Below are positions 9,366 through 19,389 of a DNA stretch of 64,000 nt, piece by piece. Under the pieces are notes generated by a model that had not been told where the DNA came from, did no database searches, and saw only the letters and a list, made by a program, of their open reading frames with translations. The position numbers were made by a program, and so were the translations under genes. The stretch comes from Clostridiales bacterium. GTDB lineage: Bacteria > Bacillota > Clostridia > Caldicoprobacterales > UBA3941. How positions within the stretch are numbered: position 1 is the stretch's first letter; the number at the start of each line of letters is the position of its first letter. The stretch covers positions 23,510 through 87,509 of the forward strand of contig JAAYRX010000220.1 of the NCBI GenBank assembly GCA_012518535.1. Direction: 5' to 3'.

Positions 9366-9379
9366 GGGGTGGATTGGAC

Positions 9380-9967
9380 ATGGATTATGCAGGTAAATTG
9401 TTTTTAATATTGTTGAGTACAGTATTGGTTAATAATTTCGTTTTGTCTAGATTTTTGGGAATATGTCCTTTTCTTGGAGTATCAAAGAAGGTTTCGACAG
9501 CTATGGGCATGGGGGTAGCGGTAATATTTGTAATGGCACTGGCGTCACTATTTACCTATATAGTGCAATATGCGATATTGGAACCATTGCACCTTGAGTA
9601 TCTGCAGACCATTGCTTTTATACTGGTTATTGCTGCTTTAGTACAATTTGTAGAGATGGTCATTCAAAAAATGAGCCCGACCCTGTACCAGGCCCTTGGC
9701 GTTTACCTTCCCCTAATAACCACCAATTGTGCGGTCCTGGGGGTTGCTATAATAAACATTCGTGAGAATTATGATTTGCTTCAAACTTTGGTTAACGGGA
9801 CCGGTGCGGCACTGGGCTTTACCTTGGCCTTGGTCCTGATGGCGGGCATTAGGGAAAGATTGGAGTTATCGGATATACCCGAACCATTGAAGGGTTTTCC
9901 CATTACCTTGATAACAGCTGGACTGATGTCAGTAGCATTCTTAGGATTTCAAGGGCTTATAAATTAG
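9380..9967 (+). CDS. rnfA: Rnf complex subunit A
   Basis: Paralogous to the preceding RnfE-type protein. AGGGGG lies upstream of ATG 9380 (tracked TTG 9374 is possible). Confidence 0.85.
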   Translation: MDYAGKLFLILLSTVLVNNFVLSRFLGICPFLGVSKKVSTAMGMGVAVIFVMALASLFTYIVQYAILEPLHLEYLQTIAFILVIAALVQFVEMVIQKMSPTLYQALGVYLPLITTNCAVLGVAIINIRENYDLLQTLVNGTGAALGFTLALVLMAGIRERLELSDIPEPLKGFPITLITAGLMSVAFLGFQGLIN

Positions 9968-9977
9968 GGGGGATATT

Positions 9978-10808
9978 ATGCTAATTGATATATTGATGCC
10001 TGTACTCAGCCTTGGGGGTATGAGTTTGCTATTTGGGGCAGGGCTGGCCTTTGCATCCCAAAAGTTCGCTATTGAAACTGATCCTAAGGAAGAACAGATT
10101 AAGAAAGCTTTACCGGGTATAAATTGCGGTGCATGCGGTTATCCCGGCTGTGATGGATTTGCTGCGGCTGTTGCGACAGGCCAGGCTCCTATAACCGGTT
10201 GTACGGTAGGTGGATCTGGTGTTGCCCATGATATTGGGTTGATTATGGGCTTGGAAGCGGAAGATGCCCAACGGAAAGTGGCCAAGGTTTTATGTGCCGG
10301 AGATTGCGATAGGGCGGCTAACAAATACCATTACGATGGAATAGAGGATTGTGTAGCAGCATCCATGTTGGCGGATGGGCCAAAAGAGTGCAGTTTTGGA
10401 TGCTTGGGACTTGGAACCTGTGTCAGGGCCTGTCCTTTCGATGCCATTTATATCGATAAGGAAATTGCCGTTGTGGATGAGGAGAAATGCACCGGTTGTG
10501 AGATATGTGTAGCAGCCTGCCCAAAAAATATAATTGAGATGATTCCCATTTCCAGTCAGGTTCAGGTGATGTGTAAATCGGAGGACAAGGGCAGAGATGT
10601 AAGAAAGTATTGTACGGTTGGGTGTATAGCATGTAAGATCTGTGAAAGAGCATGCCAATATGATGCAATTAAGGTAGAGAACAATATAGCACGGATTGAT
10701 TATGATAAATGTGTCAACTGCATGGTTTGCGCAGAAAAGTGTCCTACAAAATCAATTTACGCCGACTTTGAGAACAGGCGTCCAGAATTTGTAGGGATGA
10801 GCAATTGA
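9978..10808 (+). CDS. rnfB: Rnf complex subunit B (polyferredoxin)
   Basis: N-terminal TM helix, then the CGACGYPGC Fe-S motif, then several CxxCxxCxxxCP ferredoxin motifs. Confidence 0.9.
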   Translation: MLIDILMPVLSLGGMSLLFGAGLAFASQKFAIETDPKEEQIKKALPGINCGACGYPGCDGFAAAVATGQAPITGCTVGGSGVAHDIGLIMGLEAEDAQRKVAKVLCAGDCDRAANKYHYDGIEDCVAASMLADGPKECSFGCLGLGTCVRACPFDAIYIDKEIAVVDEEKCTGCEICVAACPKNIIEMIPISSQVQVMCKSEDKGRDVRKYCTVGCIACKICERACQYDAIKVENNIARIDYDKCVNCMVCAEKCPTKSIYADFENRRPEFVGMSN

Positions 10809-12133
10809 TCGCCCTGGACAAGTATCCGATTGGGGAGTATCACTATGCAAACAATGGCACATCAGAATCCCTGGATGGACCCTGGGGTACATTCTATTGG
10901 GCAGATGTTTTAGATGGCCTAATAAGCATGGTTGAAAGGTACGAAGGAAAAATACAGCTGGTCTATATGGATCCACCTTTTATGACAGGTTGTTTATACA
11001 GGTTTCGGCAAAAAATAGGTGAGAAGGGTTTGTTGGAGCATATTGCATACAGCGATAAATGGGGTGCGGGAAATAAACATTACCTGGATTTTATGAAAAA
11101 GGTATTTGAACATGTGTACAATCTCCTCACCCCGGATGGCTCTTTTTATCTGCATGTTGATTATAGGACATGTGCTTACTTAAAGATCATATTAGATAAG
11201 ATCTTTGGAGAAAAAAACTTCCTCAATGAAATAATCTGGCATTATCAAAGTGGGGGTAGGGCCAAAAGACATTTTAGTCGAAAACATGATAACATCCTTT
11301 TCTACCGAAAATCCCCAAAACATTATTTTAATATAGAAGCTGTGGGGAAAGAGCGTGGCACTAAAAAGCGCAACCATATGAAAATGCAGGTGGACAATAA
11401 TGGAAAAGTGTCTTGGACCATTAAATCAGGAGGAAGGGTATATAGATATTACCAGGATTCCAAGATATATCCCAGCGATGTTTGGACGGATATATCCCAC
11501 CTACATCAACGTGATCCGGAGCGATTGGGGTATGATACCCAAAAGCCCGAAGCCTTACTAGAAAGAATAATATTATCTTCCTCCAGGCCAGGAGATTTGG
11601 TCGCAGACTTTTTTGTAGGTTCGGGAACTACTTTATCTGTTGCAACGAAACTGGGACGGAAATGGGTAGGAATGGATTCGAGCCCGCATGCCATGCATGT
11701 CTGTAGAAAAAGGTTGTTGGGTTTAGATGTCAATAAAGATTTTGCTATTTACTACAAGGTAATAAGTAGGTCTACGAGTGAATCAGAGCTGGTAGCGGAG
11801 CGGCAGGAAAACCAACATTCGGAGAACAGGGACAACTTAAAGGGAGTGGACACCATAACAATAACGAATTACAAGCCTGCTAAAAAAACTCAAATTTCTG
11901 TCCTGGAAAATCCAGACCTGGATATAAAGGGTTTGGAATACATAGATTACTGGGCGGTTGGATATATCAAAGGAGATTTATTTTATCCGGTTGAATATGT
12001 ATGGAGAAGGGATGGGGAATCGGCAATTAAAAATACTGTTGCTTTGAATTGCTCGACGAATCAAGATCTGGTTGTTCATCTGGTGGATATTTTGGGTGAT
12101 CAGCATTTCTACAAGTGTACCCAGCTCCTGTGA
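10805..12133 (+). CDS. beta-class N6-adenine/N4-cytosine DNA methyltransferase, apparently orphan
   Basis: Catalytic VYMDPPF (motif IV) precedes the SAM-binding FFVGSGTT (motif I), which is the beta-class order. TTG start overlaps the rnfB TGA, with AGGGA 7 nt upstream. About 120-aa C-terminal extension. Confidence 0.75.
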   Translation: MIALDKYPIGEYHYANNGTSESLDGPWGTFYWADVLDGLISMVERYEGKIQLVYMDPPFMTGCLYRFRQKIGEKGLLEHIAYSDKWGAGNKHYLDFMKKVFEHVYNLLTPDGSFYLHVDYRTCAYLKIILDKIFGEKNFLNEIIWHYQSGGRAKRHFSRKHDNILFYRKSPKHYFNIEAVGKERGTKKRNHMKMQVDNNGKVSWTIKSGGRVYRYYQDSKIYPSDVWTDISHLHQRDPERLGYDTQKPEALLERIILSSSRPGDLVADFFVGSGTTLSVATKLGRKWVGMDSSPHAMHVCRKRLLGLDVNKDFAIYYKVISRSTSESELVAERQENQHSENRDNLKGVDTITITNYKPAKKTQISVLENPDLDIKGLEYIDYWAVGYIKGDLFYPVEYVWRRDGESAIKNTVALNCSTNQDLVVHLVDILGDQHFYKCTQLL

Positions 12134-12197
12134 TTAGCCTTGATATGCATTAATTATTTTTATGTGATGGGAACTAGCAAAATATACTGCAACAAAA

Positions 12198-12224
12198 GAG
12201 GGCTACAAAAAACATGTAGCCCTC
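12198..12224. terminator. hairpin between convergent genes
   Basis: GAGGGCTACA / TGTAGCCCTC 10-bp stem. The U-run is on the minus-strand side, so it mainly serves the aldo/keto reductase. Confidence 0.6.
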
Positions 12225-12242
12225 ATCTTGAATATGGTTAAA

Positions 12243-13172
12243 TTACGGTAACTCGTTTCCGGCAGCTCTATATATCGCGTACCATTCTTCCCTGCTAAGG
12301 TTAACTCCGGATGCTTTAGAAATATCCTTGAGCCGGTTAGGATTGGTGGTACCTACGATAGGCTGCATTTTGGCAGGATGCCTTAGAAGCCATGCTATTG
12401 CGATGGCCGTATTGGTTACTCCCTTGATTTGTGCTATTTCATCAATTTGGGCATTTAACTCGGGGAATTTATCGTTGTCCAGGAAAACACCCTCAAAGAA
12501 CCCATATTGGAAGGGAGACCAGGGTTGGATTGTGATGTCGTTTAAGCGGCAATAATCCAATATGCTACCATCCCTGCTTATGGATGGGTCAATTTTCATA
12601 TTGACATTTATACCGGCATCTATCATGCCCGTATGGGTGATGCTTAACTGAAGCTGGTTAATAATAATCTTGTGGTTTAAGTATTTCTGAAGAAGCTCAA
12701 TCTGCATAGGATTTTGATTGCTGACACCAAAGTATTTAACCTTGCCACTGTTATATAGTGCTGTAAAGGCCTCGGCTACTTCTTCGGGTTCAACCAGGGC
12801 ATCCGGGCGATGGAGCAGCAAGACATCGATATAATCAGTTTGCAAGCGTTTGAGACTACCGTCTACTGCTGATAGAATGTGCTCCTTTGAGAAATCGTAG
12901 AATCCCTTTCTAATTCCGCATTTGGTCTGGATAATAAATTGTTCCCGTATTCTCGGATTCATGCCGACGGCCTGGGCGAAGACTTCCTCGCACTTGCCTC
13001 CACCATATATATCTGCATGATCAAAAAAATCGATTCCCTCTTCCAACGCAGTATTGATCAGGTGTGCCGCCTCTTTAAGGGATAGACTGGAAATCCTCAT
13101 ACATCCCAAAGAGATCTCTGATGCCAGAATAGAACCATTACCGATATTTATTTTTTTCATAGGTGACACCAC
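12243..13172 (-). CDS. aldo/keto reductase family oxidoreductase
   Basis: AKR-type sequence (DHADIYGGG, LLLHRPD, GVSN). True start may be ATG 13160 (MKKINIG). Confidence 0.85.
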   Translation of the reverse strand: MVSPMKKINIGNGSILASEISLGCMRISSLSLKEAAHLINTALEEGIDFFDHADIYGGGKCEEVFAQAVGMNPRIREQFIIQTKCGIRKGFYDFSKEHILSAVDGSLKRLQTDYIDVLLLHRPDALVEPEEVAEAFTALYNSGKVKYFGVSNQNPMQIELLQKYLNHKIIINQLQLSITHTGMIDAGINVNMKIDPSISRDGSILDYCRLNDITIQPWSPFQYGFFEGVFLDNDKFPELNAQIDEIAQIKGVTNTAIAIAWLLRHPAKMQPIVGTTNPNRLKDISKASGVNLSREEWYAIYRAAGNELP

Positions 13173-13293
13173 TTCCTTCTATATATTTTATACTCCAACA
13201 GGGAGTATAGGAGACTCAATTACTACCCATCAAATCTTCAGCATTTAACTCAAAGAAAGGATGAAATTTCATACAAACCGGTTCCTAAGTTGA

Positions 13294-13779
13294 TTATAAA
13301 GAAGATAGCCAGTCCTTCATCGATCCTTTTGGGCTCAAGAAATGATACTCCACTATTTTACTGCCATCTTCTTCTGTTATGTCAGACCAGATTATCCAAT
13401 CCAAATCCGCAGAATAGTAAAAATCCAAAACTTGCCCGTTATCATATATAACCTGGATCAGATGGCTGCTATCAGTAATGGGACTAAAATTTTCTTCATC
13501 GTCGATGGTGAATCCTTTTGCCTTTTTTATAATATTATAGAACTCTTGTATACCAGCCTGCCCCGACTCACTTTCGTTGGTCAATGAGATCGTGGAATAC
13601 TCTAAACGATTATCGGTATTATAAATTACAATGTCCATGGCCATAATATCCTGATCCCTTAAATTTTTATCAGACAGTATATCAGAACCATTTATTCCGT
13701 TGGAACAGCCCAATAGACTGATCAATAATGTACAAACAATAACAAGTGGGATAATTTTCAATATATATATATCTTTCAA
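13294..13779 (-). CDS. hypothetical lipoprotein
   Basis: Signal peptide with lipobox LLGCS. No recognisable domain. Confidence 0.6.
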   Translation of the reverse strand: MKDIYILKIIPLVIVCTLLISLLGCSNGINGSDILSDKNLRDQDIMAMDIVIYNTDNRLEYSTISLTNESESGQAGIQEFYNIIKKAKGFTIDDEENFSPITDSSHLIQVIYDNGQVLDFYYSADLDWIIWSDITEEDGSKIVEYHFLSPKGSMKDWLSSL

Positions 13780-14103
13780 TTAAATTCACTCCTTACCTCC
13801 CTATTCTACCATAAGTATTAAAATATTTAAAATATGACTTTATATATGAGGCCTGTCGATGATAAAAGCACCATGATTGTATGATTGAAATTTCATTCCT
13901 ACTGATCAAAGGAAACCCTACCTCAGATAACCATAACCAAGGAACAACAGAATATAGGCAATAGTATTATTTGCTACTATATTTCAGAGGTCGTAATAAT
14001 TGGATAAAAACTTATTTCATAAGAATACTAGATTAGAAGGATTTTTACCAGGAAAGGAAGAAATAAATATGAATGGCGTGTATTTAAAGGAGGTAAGTGT
14101 AAA

Positions 14104-15384
14104 TTGAAGGATATTATTGTAAAGAATTTGGATAAGAACATAAACTTATATGTCATACCCGACAAGAAATTTAAAACAGTTTATATAAGCTATTGTTTCC
14201 ACAGGGATTTAGATGATAATTATACTTACAACGCTCTGGTGCCAGCCATCTTAAAGCGAGGGTGTGAGGGATATGAAGACCAAAAAAAGATAGGTACGTA
14301 TCTGGAAGAGCAGTACGGGGCACTATTTGATGTAGGAGTCCAGAAGAGGGGAGAGCGCCAGATATTAAGATTCACTATGGATTTAGTCAATGAAGATTTT
14401 GTGGGGAAGGATGGCCTATTGGCACAAGCCCTTTACTTTCTAAACAGGATCATCACCAAACCCGTTTTGGAAGGTTCTATGTTCAAAAGTGATTATGTAA
14501 ATCAGGAGAGGGAGAATCTAAAAAACAGGATTCTGGCTATGATCAATGACAAGATGCAATACAGTATGGAACGCTGTATTCAGGAGATGTGTCGGGGTGA
14601 GAAATACGCCAGGTATGTCTTGGGTAGTATCGACGACCTTGCCTCTTTGGATCCGGAAAAATTGTTTGATGTTTACAAGGATATAATAAAGACAAGCCCT
14701 CTGGATATCTTTATTGTTGGTGATGTGGACGCTGAAAAGGTTGCAACTCTTGTAAATAACAGCCTGGATCTCGAAAGATCACAAATTAAACTCATTCCTG
14801 AAACTATGATTAAGAAGATCGGATTAAAGCGAAGAGAAGTAGTAGAGAGAATGGATGTGTCCCAAGCGAAACTAAACATCGGCTTTAGGACCAATGTCTC
14901 GGTTAATCAGGATGAGTACTTTCCCTTGGTGCTTTATTCAGGAATTCTAGGTGGAGGCCCCCATTCAAAGCTATTTATAAATGTTCGTGAGAAGAGCAGC
15001 CTCGCTTATTACGCCTTTGCAAGGCTGGAAAAGCATAAAGGTCTGATGCTCATAGGTTCAGGTATAGATCCAAAGAATTACGAGCAAACATTAGATATTA
15101 TTATGGAACAGGTAGAAGATATAAAACATGGCAGGATAAGCGATACAGAATTTACTGCTTCTGTTAATGCAATAACTACCTCTTTAAGGGCTGCAAAAGA
15201 TGATCAGGGACAATTGGTGGATTATTATCTGGGGAACGCAGTAACCGAAGCCCGCTATACCTTGGAGGACTTTATAAGTGAGATACAGAAAGTAAAACCG
15301 GAAGACGTTGTTGATGTTTCTAGAAAGGTAAAGGTGGATACAGTCTATCTGTTAAGTCCGGAGGAAGGAGATGCTGGTCGATGA
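14104..15384 (+). CDS. M16 (pitrilysin) family protein, non-catalytic partner type (YmfF/YfmF-like)
   Basis: M16 fold-like sequence without an HxxEH motif. TTG start preceded by AAAGGAGG. Overlaps the next M16 gene. Confidence 0.7.
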   Translation: MKDIIVKNLDKNINLYVIPDKKFKTVYISYCFHRDLDDNYTYNALVPAILKRGCEGYEDQKKIGTYLEEQYGALFDVGVQKRGERQILRFTMDLVNEDFVGKDGLLAQALYFLNRIITKPVLEGSMFKSDYVNQERENLKNRILAMINDKMQYSMERCIQEMCRGEKYARYVLGSIDDLASLDPEKLFDVYKDIIKTSPLDIFIVGDVDAEKVATLVNNSLDLERSQIKLIPETMIKKIGLKRREVVERMDVSQAKLNIGFRTNVSVNQDEYFPLVLYSGILGGGPHSKLFINVREKSSLAYYAFARLEKHKGLMLIGSGIDPKNYEQTLDIIMEQVEDIKHGRISDTEFTASVNAITTSLRAAKDDQGQLVDYYLGNAVTEARYTLEDFISEIQKVKPEDVVDVSRKVKVDTVYLLSPEEGDAGR

Positions 15385-16673
15385 AGAAGGTTATGGAAAA
15401 TAAACTATTAAAAGAAAAGTTGATACACATGAGGCTCAGTTCTGGGCTTAATGTGTACGTATTGCTGAAACCTGGGTACAATCGTCAGTTTGCCATATAT
15501 GCAACCCGTTATGGTTCCAATGACAGCCAATTCACCCCCTTGGGGCAGAGGGAGCCCATTACCGTGCCTGATGGAATTGCACATTTTCTGGAGCATAAAC
15601 TCTTTGAAGAAGAGAAGGGTAATGTGTTTGAGGAGTATTCCAAGCTAGGAGCCCAACCCAATGCTTTTACGAATTTCAATATGACCGCTTATCATTTTAC
15701 ATCCACGGGAAACTTCTATGAATGTCTGGATGTGCTATTGGGTTTCGTGGGAAGACCCTACTTTACTGACGAGAATGTTGAAAAGGAAAAGGGGATAATT
15801 GCCCAGGAAATACGAATGTATGAAGACAATCCTTATTGGAGGGTGTATTTTAACCTGCTGAGAGGCTTGTATCACGAGTTCCCAGTTAGGAAGGATATCG
15901 CGGGTACTGTGGAATCGATATACAGGATTGACAAGGAAACCCTGTATGAATGCTATAGGACTTTCTACCATCCATCCAATATGGCTCTATTTATAGCCGG
16001 AGATGTAGATCCCGAAAAGATTTTCGACCAGGCTGAAAAAATTATTGTCAAGAGATCTGGCAAGAGTGAGGCCAGGGAGATCAAAAGAATTTTTCCGGAG
16101 GAAGCCAAGGGGGTTAACAAGGACAGGGTAGAAGAGAGATTAGCAGTTGCCAGGCCTATATTTGCCTTGGGTTTTAAGGATGAGGATTCAGTTCGAGACG
16201 GGGACAGGTTACTGGATAAGTTAATAGCCAATGATATCGTTCTGGACATGCTCATAGGAACCAGTTCGGATATGTATGATGAGCTATATGAGAAAGGCTT
16301 GATTGACTCTTCATTTAGCAGTTATTACACGGGTGAGAGGCATTATGGATACGCTATTATGACAGGGCATACGCAGGAACCGGAAAATGTGGCGGATTCC
16401 ATATTTAATGAGATAGTAAAGCGAAGGTCACAACCCTGGAAGCAGGAACATTTCAACAGAATAAAGAAGAAAAAAATAGGAGAATTTATTAGGCTGTTTA
16501 ATTCTCTGAATTCTGTAAGTATACAGTTTGTATCCATGATGTTTAGGGATATTCATCTATTGGATTATCTTGAAAGGTTGGAAGCCATAACCTATAATGA
16601 AGTATTAAAGGAATTCAACGAGATCTATAGAAAAGAGAACAGCTGTCTTTCCTCGATTGTACCACTTGCTTGA
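15381..16673 (+). CDS. M16 family zinc peptidase (YmfH/YfmH-like)
   Basis: Inverted zinc motif HFLEH near the N-terminus. ATGA overlap with the preceding paralog. Confidence 0.8.
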   Translation: MKKVMENKLLKEKLIHMRLSSGLNVYVLLKPGYNRQFAIYATRYGSNDSQFTPLGQREPITVPDGIAHFLEHKLFEEEKGNVFEEYSKLGAQPNAFTNFNMTAYHFTSTGNFYECLDVLLGFVGRPYFTDENVEKEKGIIAQEIRMYEDNPYWRVYFNLLRGLYHEFPVRKDIAGTVESIYRIDKETLYECYRTFYHPSNMALFIAGDVDPEKIFDQAEKIIVKRSGKSEAREIKRIFPEEAKGVNKDRVEERLAVARPIFALGFKDEDSVRDGDRLLDKLIANDIVLDMLIGTSSDMYDELYEKGLIDSSFSSYYTGERHYGYAIMTGHTQEPENVADSIFNEIVKRRSQPWKQEHFNRIKKKKIGEFIRLFNSLNSVSIQFVSMMFRDIHLLDYLERLEAITYNEVLKEFNEIYRKENSCLSSIVPLA

Positions 16674-16740
16674 TACCTTAGTGGTGAAATTGCTTAAGAC
16701 GTTTTATAAAACGAGTATCTTTACGGTAGGGGGAATATGA

Positions 16741-17595
16741 ATGAGTGGTGTTGCGTTTTATTTATTAGGAAGACCGATTTACTGGTATGGTATTATCATT
16801 GCTCTGGGGGTAATGGTAGGAATTTATTTAGCCATGAGATACGCAAAGGCCTTAGGATATGACGAGGAAATGGTAATAGATTTTTGCTTGCTGGCAATAC
16901 CCATGGGGATTGTAGGTGCTCGTCTGTACTATGTGATATTTTCATGGGAAGACTACAGTAAAAACCTCATAGATATTATCAAAATCTGGGAAGGAGGCCT
17001 GGCAATCTATGGGGTTGTTATCGGGGGATTGTTAAGCGCCTATATTTTCGCGCGGAGAAGAAAGATTGATTTTTGGGCACTTTGTGACATCGTTACTCCC
17101 AGCTTAATCCTGGGACAGGCCCTGGGCAGATGGGGCAATTTCTTTAATCAAGAAGCCTATGGATACGCTATAACCAACCCTGCCTGGCAATGGTTCCCTG
17201 CTGCAGTATTTATTAACGGGACAGGTCAGTGGCATATGGCAACTTTTTTCTATGAATCCATGTGGAATTTCCTGGTTTTCTTTTTTCTTTTGTTTTACAA
17301 GAAAAGAAGGAAGAATTCCGGGGAAATGATCTTACTGTACCTGATACTATATTCTTTGGGTCGGCTTTTTATCGAAGGATTAAGAACTGATAGTTTGTAT
17401 TGGGGACAGTTTAGGGTATCTCAGGTTCTAAGTGGGATACTTATTATAATAGGCATAGTACTGTTTGTCATGCGGAGGAAAAAGATGTCCGGCAGTGGGG
17501 AGGAAAATCAAGAAGAAAAACAAGTAGATGAGCAGGTAGAAGAACAAGTAGAAGAACAAGTAGAAGAACAAGTAGAAGAACAAGTAGAAGAATAA
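16741..17595 (+). CDS. lgt: prolipoprotein diacylglyceryl transferase
   Basis: Lgt signature GRWGNFFNQEAYG. Polytopic membrane protein. Acidic repeat tail. Confidence 0.9.
   Translation: MSGVAFYLLGRPIYWYGIIIALGVMVGIYLAMRYAKALGYDEEMVIDFCLLAIPMGIVGARLYYVIFSWEDYSKNLIDIIKIWEGGLAIYGVVIGGLLSAYIFARRRKIDFWALCDIVTPSLILGQALGRWGNFFNQEAYGYAITNPAWQWFPAAVFINGTGQWHMATFFYESMWNFLVFFFLLFYKKRRKNSGEMILLYLILYSLGRLFIEGLRTDSLYWGQFRVSQVLSGILIIIGIVLFVMRRKKMSGSGEENQEEKQVDEQVEEQVEEQVEEQVEEQVEE
17521..17592 (+). repeat. 12-nt tandem repeat encoding (EEQV)n at the lgt 3-prime end
   Basis: GAACAAGTAGAA reiterated about five times after a degenerate first copy. Translates VDEQVEEQVEEQVEEQVEEQVEE. Confidence 0.9.
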
Positions 17596-17596
17596 G

Positions 17597-17630
17597 AAGA
17601 AGAGGGTTAAACCCTCTTCTTTAGGTTTTG
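17597..17630 (+). terminator. rho-independent terminator of lgt
   Basis: AAGAAGAGGGT / ACCCTCTTCTT 11-bp stem with a 3-nt loop, followed by a T-rich tail. Confidence 0.75.
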
Positions 17631-17862
17631 GCTAAATTTAATTTAAATTCATTAAAAGATAATATTTGGGGAAAATAAAATTGGTAGGTATACCAAATAG
17701 TATAGGGAATTTAGTAGTGGTTCCTGGAGGGCAACATGAATAAGCACCTGGAAGAAATTCCTTTAATTAAATTTCCGGTTTTGGTTCATTATATGGGTAT
17801 ACCGATTATAGTGATACTGTTAGTCTGAATGAAACGCGACAAGAAGGAAAGGAGTATATAGA

Positions 17863-18249
17863 ATGGCTGATGACAATGTACGTAGAGATGATGATCGCCA
17901 GCATGAAGGCAGAGGCAGGGGATGGATGGGTATCATAATTAGATTCATAGTAGCCTCCATTGTATTAATGGTAACTGCGGCTGTTACTCCGGGATTTAGA
18001 TCAATGGGTTTCGGAACAGCATTGCTGGCTGCATTGATAATAGCAGCAATGGATTATGTAATCCAAAAGCTTTTCAAAATCGACGCATCGCCCTTTGGCA
18101 GGGGTCTATCAGGATTTATCCTGTCGGCGGTAATTATTTATTTAACCCAGTTTTTTGTACCGGGTATGGAAATAAATTTAATGGGAGCTATTATAGCTGC
18201 TCTGATTATTGGAGTAGTTGACGCCATAATTCCTGCCCATGTATTATGA
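17863..18249 (+). CDS. small 4-TM membrane protein resembling holin superfamily IV / DUF360 proteins
   Basis: IIRFIVASIVLMVTAAVTPGF .. GFILSAVIIYLTQFFVPGM pattern recalled from that family. Charged N-terminal extension. AAAGGAG RBS. Confidence 0.55.
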   Translation: MADDNVRRDDDRQHEGRGRGWMGIIIRFIVASIVLMVTAAVTPGFRSMGFGTALLAALIIAAMDYVIQKLFKIDASPFGRGLSGFILSAVIIYLTQFFVPGMEINLMGAIIAALIIGVVDAIIPAHVL

Positions 18250-18315
18250 CTTAATTCAGCAAGGAGAAACACCTTACACGGACAAACACCATTTGCAGTT
18301 TTCGTTTATAGGTTT

Positions 18316-18370
18316 AGGCGTGTTTTTAAGGGTACAATATAAATTCCCCTTATAACACGCCCTTTGTTTT
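18316..18370 (+). terminator. long hairpin terminator
   Basis: AGGCGTGTT / AACACGCCT outer stem with an inner AAGGG/CCCTT segment, followed by TTGTTTT. Confidence 0.55.
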
Positions 18371-18402
18371 GACACGGTTCATCAAGAGTGGTATCAGCTT
18401 GC

Positions 18403-18431
18403 TTGAAAAAAAGCAGGTGATACTGTATAAT
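18403..18431 (+). promoter_or_regulatory. sigma-70-type promoter with extended -10
   Basis: TTGAAA, 17-nt spacer ending in TG, TATAAT. Lies 42 nt upstream of ATG 18473. Confidence 0.5.
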
Positions 18432-18472
18432 GGGGTTGACAAAACCCTATTGTATGATAAAGAGGTGCAACC

Positions 18473-19084
18473 ATGACCATTGAATCATTTATGGTTAGAG
18501 ATGACGTCCAGGAGTTTATCAAGGAAATAAAAGCATATGACAGTATTCGCTTGGACGAAATACCTGAATATCGATTATTCATTTCCCAGATAGAGGAATT
18601 CTTTGATAAGAAACTGGGCAAGGACTCTGATGATGATGATGAACGTAAAACTATCTCTAAAACCATGATCCAGAACTATATTAAGGATGGGCTTATTATG
18701 CCTCCGGAAGGTAAATCCTATAATCGAAACCATATAATATTGCTAGCATTGATATATAATTTAAAACCCATACTCACAATCAGGGATATAAAGAAACTTC
18801 TGTTGCCAATCTTGGAAATAGCTGATGATGAGAGTCAATCAAACAAGATTGAGAGTATTTATAGTACATATTTTGCCATGAAGGAATCCTATTTAGACGA
18901 ATTTATTAATTTGATAGAACATGACCTAAAAATCATGGATGAAAAACTGGATGAGGAATATTGTGGGGAATGGGAAAAGCTTTCTAAAATACTGCTGGTT
19001 TTAATGTTAATAACCCAAGCAAATATACGGAAGAGATTAGCTGAGCGTATAATAGAATTGTACTTTAGCACTGAAGAGGACTAG
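18473..19084 (+). CDS. DUF1836-like protein
   Basis: TMIQNYIKDGLIMPPEGKSYNRNHIILLALIYNLK matches my memory of the DUF1836 core. AAAGAGGTG RBS. Confidence 0.55.
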   Translation: MTIESFMVRDDVQEFIKEIKAYDSIRLDEIPEYRLFISQIEEFFDKKLGKDSDDDDERKTISKTMIQNYIKDGLIMPPEGKSYNRNHIILLALIYNLKPILTIRDIKKLLLPILEIADDESQSNKIESIYSTYFAMKESYLDEFINLIEHDLKIMDEKLDEEYCGEWEKLSKILLVLMLITQANIRKRLAERIIELYFSTEED

Positions 19085-19156
19085 CCCCAATCTGGAGTGA
19101 CCGATTCTATTGCCTATTGATTAATTTTAGTTAAGCTGACTTAAAAAGAAGCATTG

Positions 19157-19181
19157 GGAGCCTGTTAAGGCTCCTTTTTTA
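19157..19181 (+). terminator. rho-independent terminator
   Basis: GGAGCC-TGTTAA-GGCTCC followed by TTTTTT. Confidence 0.8.
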
Positions 19182-19291
19182 GTAGGTTATATGGTATAAG
19201 TAATACCGTTTCCATATTGGGTGAAGATTGGATGAGCCAGTGGTGACGTTTGCCAAAACTGTTGAGTTTCAAATATAAAGTTTCATAAGCG

Positions 19292-19320
19292 TTGAAAAAC
19301 GGTTATAAATACTATATAAT
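19292..19320 (+). promoter_or_regulatory. sigma-70-type promoter
   Basis: TTGAAA, 17-nt spacer, TATAAT. About 70 nt upstream of ATG 19390. Confidence 0.5.
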
Positions 19321-19389
19321 AAAGTTAATATATCGGCGTGTTACATGGTTCAAAACTCTCAACAGTGATAAGTGCAAGGGGGAGGCTGG

